A program made the position numbers and the translations under genes. Below, piece after piece: positions 23,818 through 35,200 of a DNA stretch of 64,000 bases; position 1 is the first letter of the stretch, and each line of letters begins with the position of its first letter. The notes below the pieces were generated by a model, which was not told the DNA's origin, searched no databases, and saw nothing but the letters and a program-made list of their open reading frames with translations. Source of the stretch: Rebecca billardiae RCC1528 (lineage: Eukaryota; Protista; Haptophyta); contig OZ251247.1 of NCBI GenBank assembly GCA_965240325.2, positions 682,001-746,000 of the forward strand. The letters are read 5' to 3'.

Positions 23818-24884
23818 CCCGATAGATCCCCTTACCGCAGGTTGCTTCTATACGAAGCAAAGATGGGTTCGCCCCCGCGGGTGCGTGCTCGGCGGGCAGG
23901 TGGACGCCGCGAGAGGGCGCGCGATGGCTGAGAGGCATCTTCGTGAGCATGTTCGTGGGCCACCCGAGCCTCATCGCCGCCGCCCTCCCCCTTCTCCGGT
24001 GCCACGGCGTCCAAACGGAGTGCCAAACGAGTGTTCGAGCACGCCCAGAAGCAAAGTTTTGAGGGGTGCTCAGTTCGCCTCTGAGGTGCTCGTATCGCTG
24101 CGGTATGGTGCCGCACGCGGTACCGCATCAGGCGGGGTGAAGGACGTCACCCGCCGGTCGGCTCTCGGGCTGCCAGTCAGTGCCTGTGGTGCTCGGACGC
24201 TGCTCTCCGAGCTCGAGATCCATCATGCGGCTTCCTGTGTGACGTCGGCAATGAGGAGGGTGTACTTGCGCAGCGGGGCGCGCGCGTCGCGCATGTGATC
24301 GACACCGAAACAGACGAAGAAACATGACCGCCCATCCCGCCGAGCTCCTGGCTGACTTGCACTCGGCAATCACGCCGCGCGCGCGGCCTGCGGCTGCTGC
24401 GTGCGGCAAGCCGCCAAGCGTGTCACGCGCGACTGGCAGGTGAGTGAGTTCAGCGCGACGAGTCAGGTGAACGCGCGCAGACCAGCGCGTGCAGTACGTA
24501 CACCGCCTACAGCCATCTCGACCGATCGCCTACCTGCCTGAAGCAGCTGCAAGGCGTGCAGCCGGGTGTCGCGGGCACACGGCCAGCCTGGCGGGCAGGC
24601 GACACGCCCGTACGGCAGCTCGGCGCGCTGCCGCGCGATGCCATCGTGGAGGCATTGTAGCTGGAGGGACCAGTCTGGCGGCTGTCTGAGGGTAGCTAGA
24701 CCATGCCTGCACAGTGCCATGCGGCGTTCAGAGCCCAAAGGCGCCCTGACTGGCCGCAGGGCGCCCTCAGCGGACGCCGTCAACTTTGCTTCCATACGAA
24801 GCAAAGTGAACTGCGGTAAGGGGATAGCGAGGCGTTGCGCTTGGGCTCCGGCAACGCCTCGCTACGGTATCTATCGGGATGGCG
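23812..24884. repeat. ~1.07-kb segment bounded by ~50-bp inverted repeats; left arm overlaps the start codon of copy 6
   Basis: Left arm 23812-23862 CGCCATCCCGATAGATCCCCTTACCGCAG..TTGCTTC..GAAGCAAAG; inverted copy at 24784-24884 interrupted by a ~42-nt hairpin. Confidence 0.8.
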
Positions 24885-25026
24885 CTTGGGCTCCATTCAG
24901 TGCCAAGGTGCGCGCACTGTCGTCGTCGACAGCCATTGTACGAGGGCTCACTGGGCGGCTGAGCGCACCGCGTAAAGCGCGTACGCGTGCGCGCAGCTGG
25001 CGCGGCAGCACGGCAGGCGTCCCCGC

Positions 25027-26499
25027 TCAGAGCCCCGGCCGCGCCCGCAGCGGCACTATCAGCCCGACGCTGCGCGCGGGCGTGCTCCCCTTGGGCCTGC
25101 GGACTGCGCCGCTCGTGCCGTTGCCGAGCGCGGCCGACTGCTCGCCGCACGCGTGTGCAAGGCCGTCGGCTGTGAGGAAGAACGCGTGGCTGCGGCCGAA
25201 CGCGCAGCCCACCACGCGCTCGGCGGCGAGCGCCTCCACGCGCACGGGCAGCGCCACGTCGTAGTCGCACTGCCCGAGGCCCAGCTGCCCGCAGTCGTTG
25301 TGCCCGAACACGCGCACGCTGCCGTCGGCGTCCAGCACCGCACTGCACTGGCAGCCAGCGCTCGCGCGCACGGCACGCACGCCAGCGAGCGCCTCGACGC
25401 GGGCGGGCACGTGCGCGTCGTCGAGGTCGGCGCGCCCGAGGCAGCCGAACTCGCCCGCGCCGAACGCGTACACGCTGCCTGCCGCCTCCACCACCAGGCT
25501 GTGGCAGTTGCCCGCGCTCACGTGCACGGCGCGCACGCCCGCGAGCGCCTCGACGCGCCTCGGCGCGTGCTGATACTGCGTGTCGCCGTGCCCCAGCTGG
25601 CCGCAGTAGCCGTAGCCGCACGAGAAGACGGCGCCGTCGAGCGAGAGCAGCAGCGAGTGCGCGCGCCCCGCGCTGAGCCCACCCACGCGCCGGTCAGCCA
25701 GCGCCTCGATGCGCGTCGGCTCCCACCGCTCCTCCGTGTCGCCGTGGCCGAGCTGGCCGCAGCCGTTGAGGCCCCAGCTGTACGCGGCACCAGCGGCGGT
25801 GAGCGCGAGGCTGTGGGTGGCACCCGCGCTGATGCAGACGGCGAGCTGCACCGCCGGTGCGCTCACCCGAGTGAACTCGCTGCGCGCCTCCCTGTCCCCC
25901 AGCCCGAGCTGGCCGTACTTGTTGTCGCCGCAGCCGTACACGGCGCCGGCCTCGCTCAGCGCGAGCAGGTGGTACTGGCCCGCGGCCACGGCGCACACGC
26001 GCACCGCGCCCAGCGAGGCGACGCACGCTGGCACCAGCACGGGCCTCGCGCCCGGCGCCGACGGGTGCCCCAGCTGCGGGCACGCGCCGTACGCCGCCAC
26101 CTCCGGATGCGCGCCGCTCCATTCCTCGCCACACGTGTACAGCCTGCCGTCCGCGCCCACGAGCGCGCTGAACGCCGGGTTGTGCTCGCTGCTGCTCGCG
26201 ACGGCGTGGGCGTGCGCGCGGCTGCGCGCGAGCACGTGCTCGCGCGCGAGCAGCTCGGCCGTCCACGTGCACGCGTCCGCCGGCAGCAGCACAGGCTCGT
26301 GGCCGCGCGCGCGCGCGCGCTCGCGCAGCGCGAGCTCGACCGGCGAGCGGCCGCCGCCGGGCGCGCCTCGGAAGAGGCGCGCGGCGGCGTTGATGCTGGC
26401 GACGTCGTCCACGTGCTCGATGCAGGCGACGATGCGCTCGAGCACCTCCGACGGCATGTCGCCGAGCGCGCGCTGCGGCTCGTCCGCGGACGACGACAT
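25027..26499 (-). CDS. F-box/RCC1 copy 7
   Basis: ATG 26499 MSSSADEPQRALGDMPSEVLERIV (F-box) plus RCC1 repeats. Confidence 0.92.
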   Translation of the reverse strand: MSSSADEPQRALGDMPSEVLERIVACIEHVDDVASINAAARLFRGAPGGGRSPVELALRERARARGHEPVLLPADACTWTAELLAREHVLARSRAHAHAVASSSEHNPAFSALVGADGRLYTCGEEWSGAHPEVAAYGACPQLGHPSAPGARPVLVPACVASLGAVRVCAVAAGQYHLLALSEAGAVYGCGDNKYGQLGLGDREARSEFTRVSAPAVQLAVCISAGATHSLALTAAGAAYSWGLNGCGQLGHGDTEERWEPTRIEALADRRVGGLSAGRAHSLLLSLDGAVFSCGYGYCGQLGHGDTQYQHAPRRVEALAGVRAVHVSAGNCHSLVVEAAGSVYAFGAGEFGCLGRADLDDAHVPARVEALAGVRAVRASAGCQCSAVLDADGSVRVFGHNDCGQLGLGQCDYDVALPVRVEALAAERVVGCAFGRSHAFFLTADGLAHACGEQSAALGNGTSGAVRRPKGSTPARSVGLIVPLRARPGL

Positions 26500-26687
26500 C
26501 GTGACGGCCGGCGCGAAAAGCAAAGATGATGCAGATTCGTCATTCGTCACCACTATGTCTATCGATCCCCAATATTATTGTGCGACTGGCATAGCAGCTG
26601 ACTAGTGACGCAGCTGCATCACTTCCGCCACTACATATATATATAGGCTGCAGGCGCTGCCGCGGGTCAGCCAGGCACACCCGACAG

Positions 26688-28208
26688 TCAAGGCGCCACC
26701 CCTATGCGTGGCAGTTGCGCAACATGCGTGGGGATGATGTCAGTGGGCTGCCAGTGCTGCCCAGCCGCCTCGGCATCGCCAGCACTCACGCCGAGCCCGA
26801 GCGCTGCGGACCGATACCTGCCGCACACGTACACTGCACCGTCAGCAGTGACGTACAGCGCATGCGTGTGCCCGAGTGAGCAAGCGACCACACGCTTGTG
26901 CACGAAGAAGCCCGCGCGTACGGGGTAGCCCACAAAGATGCAGGTCGCCTGACCCAGCCCCATGTGGCAGTGGGAGTTGAATCCGAACGTGTGCACGCTG
27001 CCGTCTGCGCCGACCACAGCGCTGGTGTAGTATCCAGCGCACGCGCGCACGACGTGCACGCCCGCCAGCGCGCTGATGCGCTTGGGCCTGGGAGACTCAG
27101 CATAGCTAGTGTCGCCAAAGCCGAGGGCACCAGCGCGGCGCTCCCCAAACGCGTGCACGCCGCCATCCGCATCCACCACCAGGCTGTGCTCTCCGCCTGC
27201 GCTCACGTGCACGGCGCGCACGCCCGCGAGCGCCTCGATGCACCTCGGCGTGTGCTGATCCTGCTCGTCGCCGTGGCCGAGCTGGCCCTTGCAGCCATAT
27301 CCGCACGAGTACACGGTACCGCAGGTAGATAGAAATAGGGCGTGCCCACCGCCCGCTGACAGTCCAGCGACGCGCACGCCATCCAGCGCCTCGATGCGCG
27401 TCGGCTCACACCGGTTGTCCGTGTCGCCATGACCGAGCCGGCCGTATTTGTTGAAGCCCCAGCTGTACGCACAGCCAGCGGAGGTGAGCGCGAGGCTGTG
27501 GTAGTTGCCCGCAGTGATGCACACCACCACGAGGTCCACCAGCGCAGCAACCGGGCTGAACTCGCGCCGGTTGCGGACGTCCCCCAGCCCGAGCTGCCCC
27601 CAGTCGTTCTCGCCGCACGCGTACACCGTCCCAGCCTCGCTCAGCGCGAGCAGGTGCTCACAGCTTGCCGCCACGGAGCGCACGCGAACGGACGAGAGCG
27701 AGGGCACGCGCGTCGGCAGGAGCACGGCCGCGACGCCCGGATGGCCCACTGCCAGGGGCGGGCGGTACTCTCCCGTCCTTTCGAAATTCTCGCCCTCCAA
27801 CTCCTCCTCGCCGCACGTGTGCAGCCCGCCCTCCGCGTCCACAAACGCGCTGAAGCGTGAAGCAGCGCCCTGGGACTGGCTGCATGCCACCGGGAGCGCG
27901 TGCGCACGCGCGAGCTTGAGCACGCGCTCACGCGCGAACAGCTCCTCCGTCCAGCTGCACACGTCCGGCGGCACCGCGGCCGGAAGGGCGCGAGCGTGCC
28001 CGCGCGCGCTCGCGCGCTCCCGCAGCGCGTGCTCGACCGGCGAGCGGCCGCCAGGCGCGCCGCGGAAGAGGCGCGAGGTGGCGTTGGCGGCGGCGAGATC
28101 ACGTAAGCTGTCCAGCGACCCGACAAGATGCGCCCGCAGCTCGAAAGGTAGGTCGGACAGGGACACAGCTGGCGCGGTCGGGGGCGCGCCGCCGCCGACG
28201 TGCGCCAT
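26688..28208 (-). CDS. F-box/RCC1 copy 8
   Basis: 506-aa ORF, F-box LSDLPFELRAHLV plus RCC1 repeats. Confidence 0.92.
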   Translation of the reverse strand: MAHVGGGAPPTAPAVSLSDLPFELRAHLVGSLDSLRDLAAANATSRLFRGAPGGRSPVEHALRERASARGHARALPAAVPPDVCSWTEELFARERVLKLARAHALPVACSQSQGAASRFSAFVDAEGGLHTCGEEELEGENFERTGEYRPPLAVGHPGVAAVLLPTRVPSLSSVRVRSVAASCEHLLALSEAGTVYACGENDWGQLGLGDVRNRREFSPVAALVDLVVVCITAGNYHSLALTSAGCAYSWGFNKYGRLGHGDTDNRCEPTRIEALDGVRVAGLSAGGGHALFLSTCGTVYSCGYGCKGQLGHGDEQDQHTPRCIEALAGVRAVHVSAGGEHSLVVDADGGVHAFGERRAGALGFGDTSYAESPRPKRISALAGVHVVRACAGYYTSAVVGADGSVHTFGFNSHCHMGLGQATCIFVGYPVRAGFFVHKRVVACSLGHTHALYVTADGAVYVCGRYRSAALGLGVSAGDAEAAGQHWQPTDIIPTHVAQLPRIGVAP

Positions 28209-28298
28209 CGCGACCCAGCCGCGCGTTCGCTTCCGCGGGCGAGTCGAGTCGAGTCGCGCTTCAGCGTGTGCGGCCCGGGCTGTCGTCGGCAGTCGTTG

Positions 28299-28346
28299 TA
28301 CAGTTTACTAAGAAAAAGAGACGCACACAGCTCAGGCAGGCGAGAT
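28299..28346 (-). promoter_or_regulatory. Conserved ~45-bp upstream element shared with 42599-42644 (+) and partly 22183-22213 (+)
   Basis: TCGCCTGCCTGAGCTGTGTGCGTCTCTTwTTCTTAGTAAACTGTA lies 60-90 nt 5' of the ATG of copies 8 and 11; function inferred. Confidence 0.5.
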
Positions 28347-28534
28347 CGTACAGACTGTGCGGTACAAGTAATAGCTTACTTGTCGTACCTTTGAGTAGCC
28401 TGATGGGTGTAGTTCAAAGTTCAAAAGGGCGACTGTACTCTGTCCGTGTCTGCACTTGCAGCCTCAACTGCATCGCGCCTGCGGATAAGCAGGCGCTGCT
28501 GCGCTGGTCAGCCAGGCACGACCGACAGTGAAGG

Positions 28535-30049
28535 CTACGCCGCAATGCGCGGCAGTTGCGCAACGCGCGTGGGGATGCCAGCCGTGTGCTGCCCGTGCTG
28601 CCCATCAGCCTCCTCGGCATCGCCAGCGCTCACGCCGAGCCCGAGCGCTGCGGACCGCTGCTTGCCGCACACGTACGCAGCACCGTCAGCAGTCACGTAC
28701 AGCGAGTGCGCCTCCCCGAGCGAGCAGCCGACCACGCGCTCGTGCACGGAGAGGCCCACGCGCGCTGGCAGCACCCCTGCGTCGACAGGCCTCTGTCCCA
28801 GCCCCAGCTGGCCCTTGCGGCTGTCGCCGAACGCGTGCACGCTGCCGTCCGCGCCCAGCACCGCGCTGCTGAAGTAGCCTGCACACGCGCGCACTGCGTG
28901 CACGCCAGCGAGCGCCTCGACGCGCCTGGGCGGCAGTATCCTCGCGCTGCCAGCGTGCCCGAGCCCGCCGTCTCGGCCATCGACCGTGCCCACCCCAAAC
29001 GAGCGCACGCTGCCATCCGCGTCCACCACCAGGCCGTGCGCAGCGCCCGCGCTCACTTGCACGGCGCGCACGCCCGCGAGCGCCTCGATGCCCCTCGTGA
29101 GCTGAGCCTGCTCGTCGGCGTGGTCGATACGGCAGCCGCAGCAGTAGACATCGCCACTGGCAAAGAGCAGCAGCGTGTGCGCGCGCCCCGCGGCTACGCC
29201 GCCCACGCGCACGCCGTCCAGCGCCTCGATGCGCGTCGGCTCCCACCACCGGTCCTCCTTGTCGCCGTGGCCGAGCTGGCCGAAGTAGTTGTTGCCCCAG
29301 CTATACGCACTGCCTGCGGCAGTGAGCGCGAGGCTGTGGTAGCTGGCAGCAGCAATGCATACGACGAGCTGGGGCCCCAAACGGCGTATCAACTGAAACG
29401 TCCTGCGCGTGACAGTGTCTCCCAGCCCGAGCTGGCCGTGGTCGTTGTAGCCGCAGCCGTACACGGCGCCAGCCTCGCTCAGCGCGAGCAGGTGCTCACC
29501 GCCAGCGGCCACAGAACGCACGCGCACGGACGAGAGTGAGGCCACGCGCGTCGGCAGGAGCACGGCCGCGACACCCGGGTGGCCCAACGCCATGTGCGGG
29601 CGATACTCGCCCGTCGGCTCCATGAATTCCTCGTCCCACACCGGCTCCTCGCCGCACGTGTGCAGCCCGCCCTCCGCGTCCACAAACGCGCTGAAGCGTG
29701 CAGCAGTGCCGATGAACTGGCTGCATGCCACCGGGAGCGCGTGCGCACGCGCGAGCTTGAGCACGCGCTCACGCGCGAACAGCTCCTCCGTCCAGCTGCA
29801 CACGCCGGTCGGCAGCTCGGCGGGCAGCGCGCGAGCGTGCCCGCGCGCGCGCGCGCGCTCGCGCAGCGCGTGCTCGACCGGCGAGCGGCCGCCCGGCGCG
29901 CCGCGGAAGAGGCGCGAGGTGGCGTTGGCGGCGGCGAGGTCGCGTGGGTTCTCCAGAGATACGACGAGATGCGCCCGCAGCTCGTACGGCAGGTCGGACA
30001 GCGACACCGCTGGCGCGGTCGACACGGGCGCGCCGCCGCTGCGCGCCAT
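28535..30049 (-). CDS. F-box/RCC1 copy 9
   Basis: ATG 30049 MARSGGAPVSTAPAVSLSDLPYELR; RCC1 repeats, one blade shortened in frame (VYCCGCRIDHAD). Confidence 0.9.
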   Translation of the reverse strand: MARSGGAPVSTAPAVSLSDLPYELRAHLVVSLENPRDLAAANATSRLFRGAPGGRSPVEHALRERARARGHARALPAELPTGVCSWTEELFARERVLKLARAHALPVACSQFIGTAARFSAFVDAEGGLHTCGEEPVWDEEFMEPTGEYRPHMALGHPGVAAVLLPTRVASLSSVRVRSVAAGGEHLLALSEAGAVYGCGYNDHGQLGLGDTVTRRTFQLIRRLGPQLVVCIAAASYHSLALTAAGSAYSWGNNYFGQLGHGDKEDRWWEPTRIEALDGVRVGGVAAGRAHTLLLFASGDVYCCGCRIDHADEQAQLTRGIEALAGVRAVQVSAGAAHGLVVDADGSVRSFGVGTVDGRDGGLGHAGSARILPPRRVEALAGVHAVRACAGYFSSAVLGADGSVHAFGDSRKGQLGLGQRPVDAGVLPARVGLSVHERVVGCSLGEAHSLYVTADGAAYVCGKQRSAALGLGVSAGDAEEADGQHGQHTAGIPTRVAQLPRIAA

Positions 30050-30128
30050 GGGCTCGATCGGGCTGATCCGGACAACAGAACAGCTGGTGAGCTGGCCAGA
30101 GTCCGGACCTCGCATTGCCCACCCGGCC

Positions 30129-31875
30129 ATGTCGACGCAGGCGGCGCGGTGGCCGCTGCGCCTCTGCATCGTGGCCTCCTCCGCGGCGCTGGTCGTGGCG
30201 GCGCTGATCCTCCTCCTCGTCCTCCCACGCCCGCGCGAAACTGCATGCTGGACCCCGCGGCTCGACTGCCTCGGCACCAAGACGAGCTACGAGGCGCTGC
30301 TCAAGCAATGGCCGCCGGCGGGCCCGCTGCCCGAGAGCTGCCGGCCGCTGCACGTGGCGGTGCTCAACCGGCACGGCGCGCGGAGCCAGTCGAGCGGCGC
30401 GGAGGAGGACCTCGGCGCCCTCGCCGACAAGCTGCGCAACGCCTCCGCCTCCGGACTCGCGCCCGGACTCCCGGCGTGGCTCGAGGCTTGGCAGCCGCCG
30501 CACGGCACAGCCGGCGCGCTGCTGCCGAGCGGCGCGCGCGAGCTGGCCGGGCTGGGCAGCCGGCTGCGCGCGCGGCTCGGGCGGGACGTGCGCGTGCCGC
30601 CGAGCGCCGTCGACGTGCGCTGGACCCACAAGCAGCGCACGCAGGACTCGGGCCGCGCGTTTGTGCAGGGCTTCTATGCCGCCGAGAAGAATGGCGAAGC
30701 TTCGGCTGAGAATGTTCTCAGCCGCGCGCGCGTCGCCGACGCGCTGCTGCGGCCGTGGGAAGGGTGCGCGGCGTACGATGCGGCGCGCGCGAGCCCCGCC
30801 GCCACCGCCGCGCCCGCCGCCTTCGCCCGCTCCGCGCAGGCAGACGCCGCGCGCGTCGCGCTTGCGCGCGCCGCGGGCTACACGGCCGGCGCGGCAAGCG
30901 ATTTGAATTCGAGCGCGACGGCAGTGAGCGCGGCCGAGCTGGGGGCGGCGATGGGCGGGTGCGGCGACCAGCAGGCGCGCTCGAAGGGGTGCACGCAGCA
31001 CCAGTGGTGCGAGCTCGTCGACCAGCAGCCCTCCTGCCTCGAGACAGCCGCCAAGGCGGACGTGCGCGCCGCGCGCCGCTCGCCGCTCGGGCATGCGGCC
31101 GTGCGCGCCGCGCGCGGTGCGCGTGCCTGCGGCGCGGTGGCGGCGGCGCCCGTGCGCGCGCGAACGCGGGTGCGCCCATGGCCGCTGACGTGCCGCGCGC
31201 GCCGCCCCTCGCCCGCACGCGGTCGTCCCGGACGGCGTGCGCCCTCTCCGGACTCCTCCCGGACTTTTCCCCCGGACTCCTCCATCACCAGGACTTGGAG
31301 AACTTTTTTACCCACGGGTACGGCGTGCCGATCAACTATGTGTGCGCCTTCGAGCTGCTCCGCGACATCTTCGCGTCGCTCAGCGCGGCGGCGGCGCGGC
31401 CGCGCGGCGCGGCGGCGAGCGCGCAGCTCAGCTTCGCGCACGCCGAGACGCTCATACCCGCGGTGGCGGCGCTCGGGCTGCGGCTCGGCGGCGCGGACCT
31501 CCGGCCGGGTGAGCCGCGGCCGGCGGAGGCGATGGCGGCCGCGTTCGAGTCGGACCCGGACTGGCGCATGTGCACGCTGAGCCCGTTCGCGGCGAGCCTG
31601 CAGTTCATCCTCTACCGCTGCAGCGACGCCGACGAGGCCGCGGGCGGCGAGCCCCCGCCACTCAGCGCCGGCGCGCGGCTGCGCGTGCTGCTCAACGAGC
31701 AGGCCACGTGGCGGGCGAAATGTCCGGCTGCAGTCCGGGCGAGGCGCTGTGCGAGCTGGGCGCGGTGCAGCGCGGCGCGTGGGTGCGCGCTGCGCTCGAC
31801 GGGTACGGCTTCGACTCGCGCGAGGCGGCGTGCGCCGTCGGCGTGCCGTCGGCGGGCGGCGGCGCGGCCGGCTAG
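30129..31875 (+). CDS. Multiple inositol polyphosphate phosphatase (MINPP1-like) histidine acid phosphatase
   Basis: N-terminal hydrophobic anchor, LGTKTSY, catalytic RHGAR, DLENFFTHGYG, FAHAETLIP, SPFAASLQFILYRC, RVLLNEQ; intron ~31062-31291; apparent frameshift near 31702. Confidence 0.8.
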
Positions 31876-32207
31876 GCGAGGCGCGAGGGCGACCACCGGA
31901 CGGCCAGGGGAGCATCGAATACGTATGCCCATCCGATGTAAGTATCCTCTTTCACGGTAGATTCGAAGTTTCGCAAGCGTACCCCCATAGTTTGCCGATG
32001 CTGATCGATTTCTTGAGCGGGTGGTTCCGCGCTTCGCGGGGAAGCCGGAACAAAGGGCCTGACCAGGAACCGTTGTGGAGCCGAAGTGGTACGTCCTTGC
32101 AGAACCCTGAACAGTCAAGGAAGTGAAGGAACGAGCGCCGAACCAGTAGTGTAACCGTGTCCGATCCCCAAGCGCACCCGCGCCGAGCGCAACCCCACCG
32201 CCCCCTG

Positions 32208-35200
32208 ATGACGACGCGCATGGCGCGCACGGGCCCCGACGAGCCCGGCGCCGCCGCGGCGCCGCCGCCGCGGCGCCGTGGGCCACGCCTGGACCCGCCG
32301 GACTGGCTGCGCGAGCCGCGCGCGCTCCTCGCCCTCGCCCTCGCCCTCGCGTTCCAGGGGCTACTGCTGTGGCTTAGCCGAGCGGACGCGGCCGCGCGCG
32401 CGCGCGCCGTGCGCGCGGGCGTGCAGTCGCTCGCGGACGCGTACGCGCACGACATGCTGCGGCAGGTGCGCCTCGCCGCCTCCTCCACCTGGGCGCTCGC
32501 CTCGCTCGCCGAGCTCGAGGGCCCCGAATTATCCGACGCGAAGTTCAGCGCGTTTGCCGAGACGCTGGTGGGTTTGCACGAGGGCGTAACGGCGCTGCAG
32601 CTCTCGCCGTACGGCCGCGTGCAGTTCGTGTACCCGCACGACGCGTACACGCACGAGATGCTCGGCGTCTCGCTCTTCCACCAGCCCACGCTCCGCGCGG
32701 GCGCGCTCGCGTCCCTCGCGCTGTATCCAAACGTAACCGTGACTCTGGTGGGCCCCCAGGCGCTGGTTGGCGGCGGCGTGGGCGTGATCGCGCGGCGGCC
32801 GGTGTACACGGCGTGGGCGCCGCGCGTCGCGCCGCTCCAGCGGTACTACACCGACCGCGTCACCGGCGAGGTGCACGAGCTCGACTGCAGCACCGCGCGC
32901 GCGGCCGCGGCCAACTGCACCTTTCCTGGGCCGCCGCTCTCCCGGACTCCTCCCCGCCCGGACTCGGCGCCGTGGCCGGCGGGGACGGCGGCGAAGGGCG
33001 GCTCCGCGTGGCACGGACCGCCGCCCGCCGTGCCCACCGCGCCCTCGGCGTCGCCCGCGCCGCCGCGCCGCCGGGCGGCGGCGGCGGCGCAGCAGCAGCC
33101 GCCGCCGGGCGCGGACGACGACGGCGACGGCGGGCTGCCCGAGCAGCCGGCGCAGCCGACGCACCTGTGGGCGTTCGCCACCGCGATCCTGCGCGTGGAC
33201 GACCTGCTCCGCCCGCTCTCGCTCGAGCGACTGCACGCGGCGTCGGGCGCGCAGCCGCCGCCGCCGCCGTCTGGCCGCGCGGGCGCGGCCGCGGACGGGG
33301 CGGGCTCCCGGACTGGCGCCTCCCGGACTCGCGCGCCGTCGGGGTGGCACCAGCACAACGTGGACGGCGTGACGGCGTTCAGCTGGCAGCTGCGTGCGGT
33401 GCCGGCGCACCCGTCGCTCGCGGCCGTGCCCGCACTCCGCCGCGGCATCTTTGCGCATAGTCCGGACGCTCCGCCAAAAGTCCGGCTGGAGAGTCCGGTG
33501 GTCGCCGAGTTCTCGCTGCACGGCGGCGACGGCGGGCCGGAGCAGCGCGCGGCGGCGGCGGCGGCGCACGGCGGCCCGGGCGCGGCGGGCGCGGCCCGGC
33601 TGGCCGCCCTGCGCAGCACGGTCCGGGGCAAGAGTCCGGGGCCGCAGCTGCGGCCGGTCGTGCCGTCGGCGCGCGCCGCGCCCGAGGGCGGCGGCGGCGC
33701 GGACGGCGTGCTGCGGCAGCCGCCGCGCGCGCCGCCGCACGCGGGCGCCGCGCCGCCGAGCGCCACCGCCGCCGCCGGCCCGCGCTGGCAGCTGCTGCTC
33801 GCGCCCGCGGGCGGCTGGGAGGCGGCCGCCCGGGAGCGTTCCGGACATGTCCGGGAAGTTTCCGGACTGGCGGCGGTGGCGGGCGTGGGGATGGGTGCGC
33901 TCGTGCTGGGCAGCCTGGGCTCGACGCACCGGCGCCGGCGCGCGCTGCAGGCCGCGCGCGCCGCGGTGCTGCACGACCAGGTGCGCGAGATTGCAATCTC
34001 CCCTCTGCCCCCCTCCGCGCGCGCGGCAGCGTCAGCGCGGCCGGCGGCGCGCGCGCGCGCCGCGCGCGCGCGCGCGCGCGCTCACGCGCGCGTGCGCGCG
34101 GCGCGCGTGCGCGCGCGTGCGCAGGTGGGCACCGCGCTCGCCCGGATCGACGCGCTCCTCGCGCCGCTCACGCTCGTCAGCGCGGCGCACCTCCTCGCCC
34201 TCGGCCGCCTCTGCTCGCGCGAGGAGATTCAATCTCGCGACGCGCGGATGCTGCTGACACTGCCCACCGCCGGGCCGCAGCTCGAGGCGTTCCTCGCGGA
34301 CCAGGCGGTGGAGACGGTCTTCTTCTCGCACCAGGTGGGCGCGCCCGCGCGTGCGCGTGCGCGCGCGCGCGCCGCCTGTGCCTCGGAGCACGCTCGAGCT
34401 CGAGTCTTCGTCCATGCGCGCTTGCTCTGTGTCTTGCTGATGTGTTGTGTGTGTTTGTAGTTTGAGTGTTGTGTGTGTTTGTAGTTTGAGTGTTTGTTTT
34501 AGGGTGAGGGTGAGGGTGTTAGGGAGGGCTAGGGGTATTGTGCTGAGTGTGTGCTATATTGTTGGTGTGTTGATTCGCGCATTGCACTCGTTGCGGTTGG
34601 TTCCGTCGACGCGGTGCGCATGCGCGCACTGGCGCTGCGCCGCACCGCCGAGACCCCGGCACGCGCGCGGTGTGCTGTGCGCGCGTATGTCTGGCTGGCG
34701 GCGCGGCGCGTGTGCCGGCACTCGCGCGCCGGGCCGACCCGTCGCCGGAGCCGACGCCGCGCGCTGCGCCACCGCCCGCAACCGTGCCGGCCCTAACCCT
34801 AACCCTAACCACCCCAACCCTAACCCTACCCCGCCCCAACCCTAACCCTACCCCGCCGCGCCGCAGTGGCTCTCCTACTCGTCGCCCGACTCGGAGTCGC
34901 TGGAGCACTGGGCCGCGATGATGCGCGCGCTCGGCGCGATCTCGCGCGCGAGCCGTACCCCGCTTACCCGCATTTACTGCTGGGTGGACTACTCGTGCTG
35001 CGACCAGCTGTCGCCCGAGGTGCAGCGGCTGACGATCGCGAGCCTCCCGGTGATCGCCTCGCGCCTCAAGTGGTTCGTCGCGGTGACCCCCGCCGCGACG
35101 CACGCCGACACGCGCGTGCGGTGCGACCGGAGCAGCTACCACCAGGTGCGCGGCGTGTGCGCTGCGTGTGCGCTGCGTGTGCGCGGCGTGTGCGGGCGTG

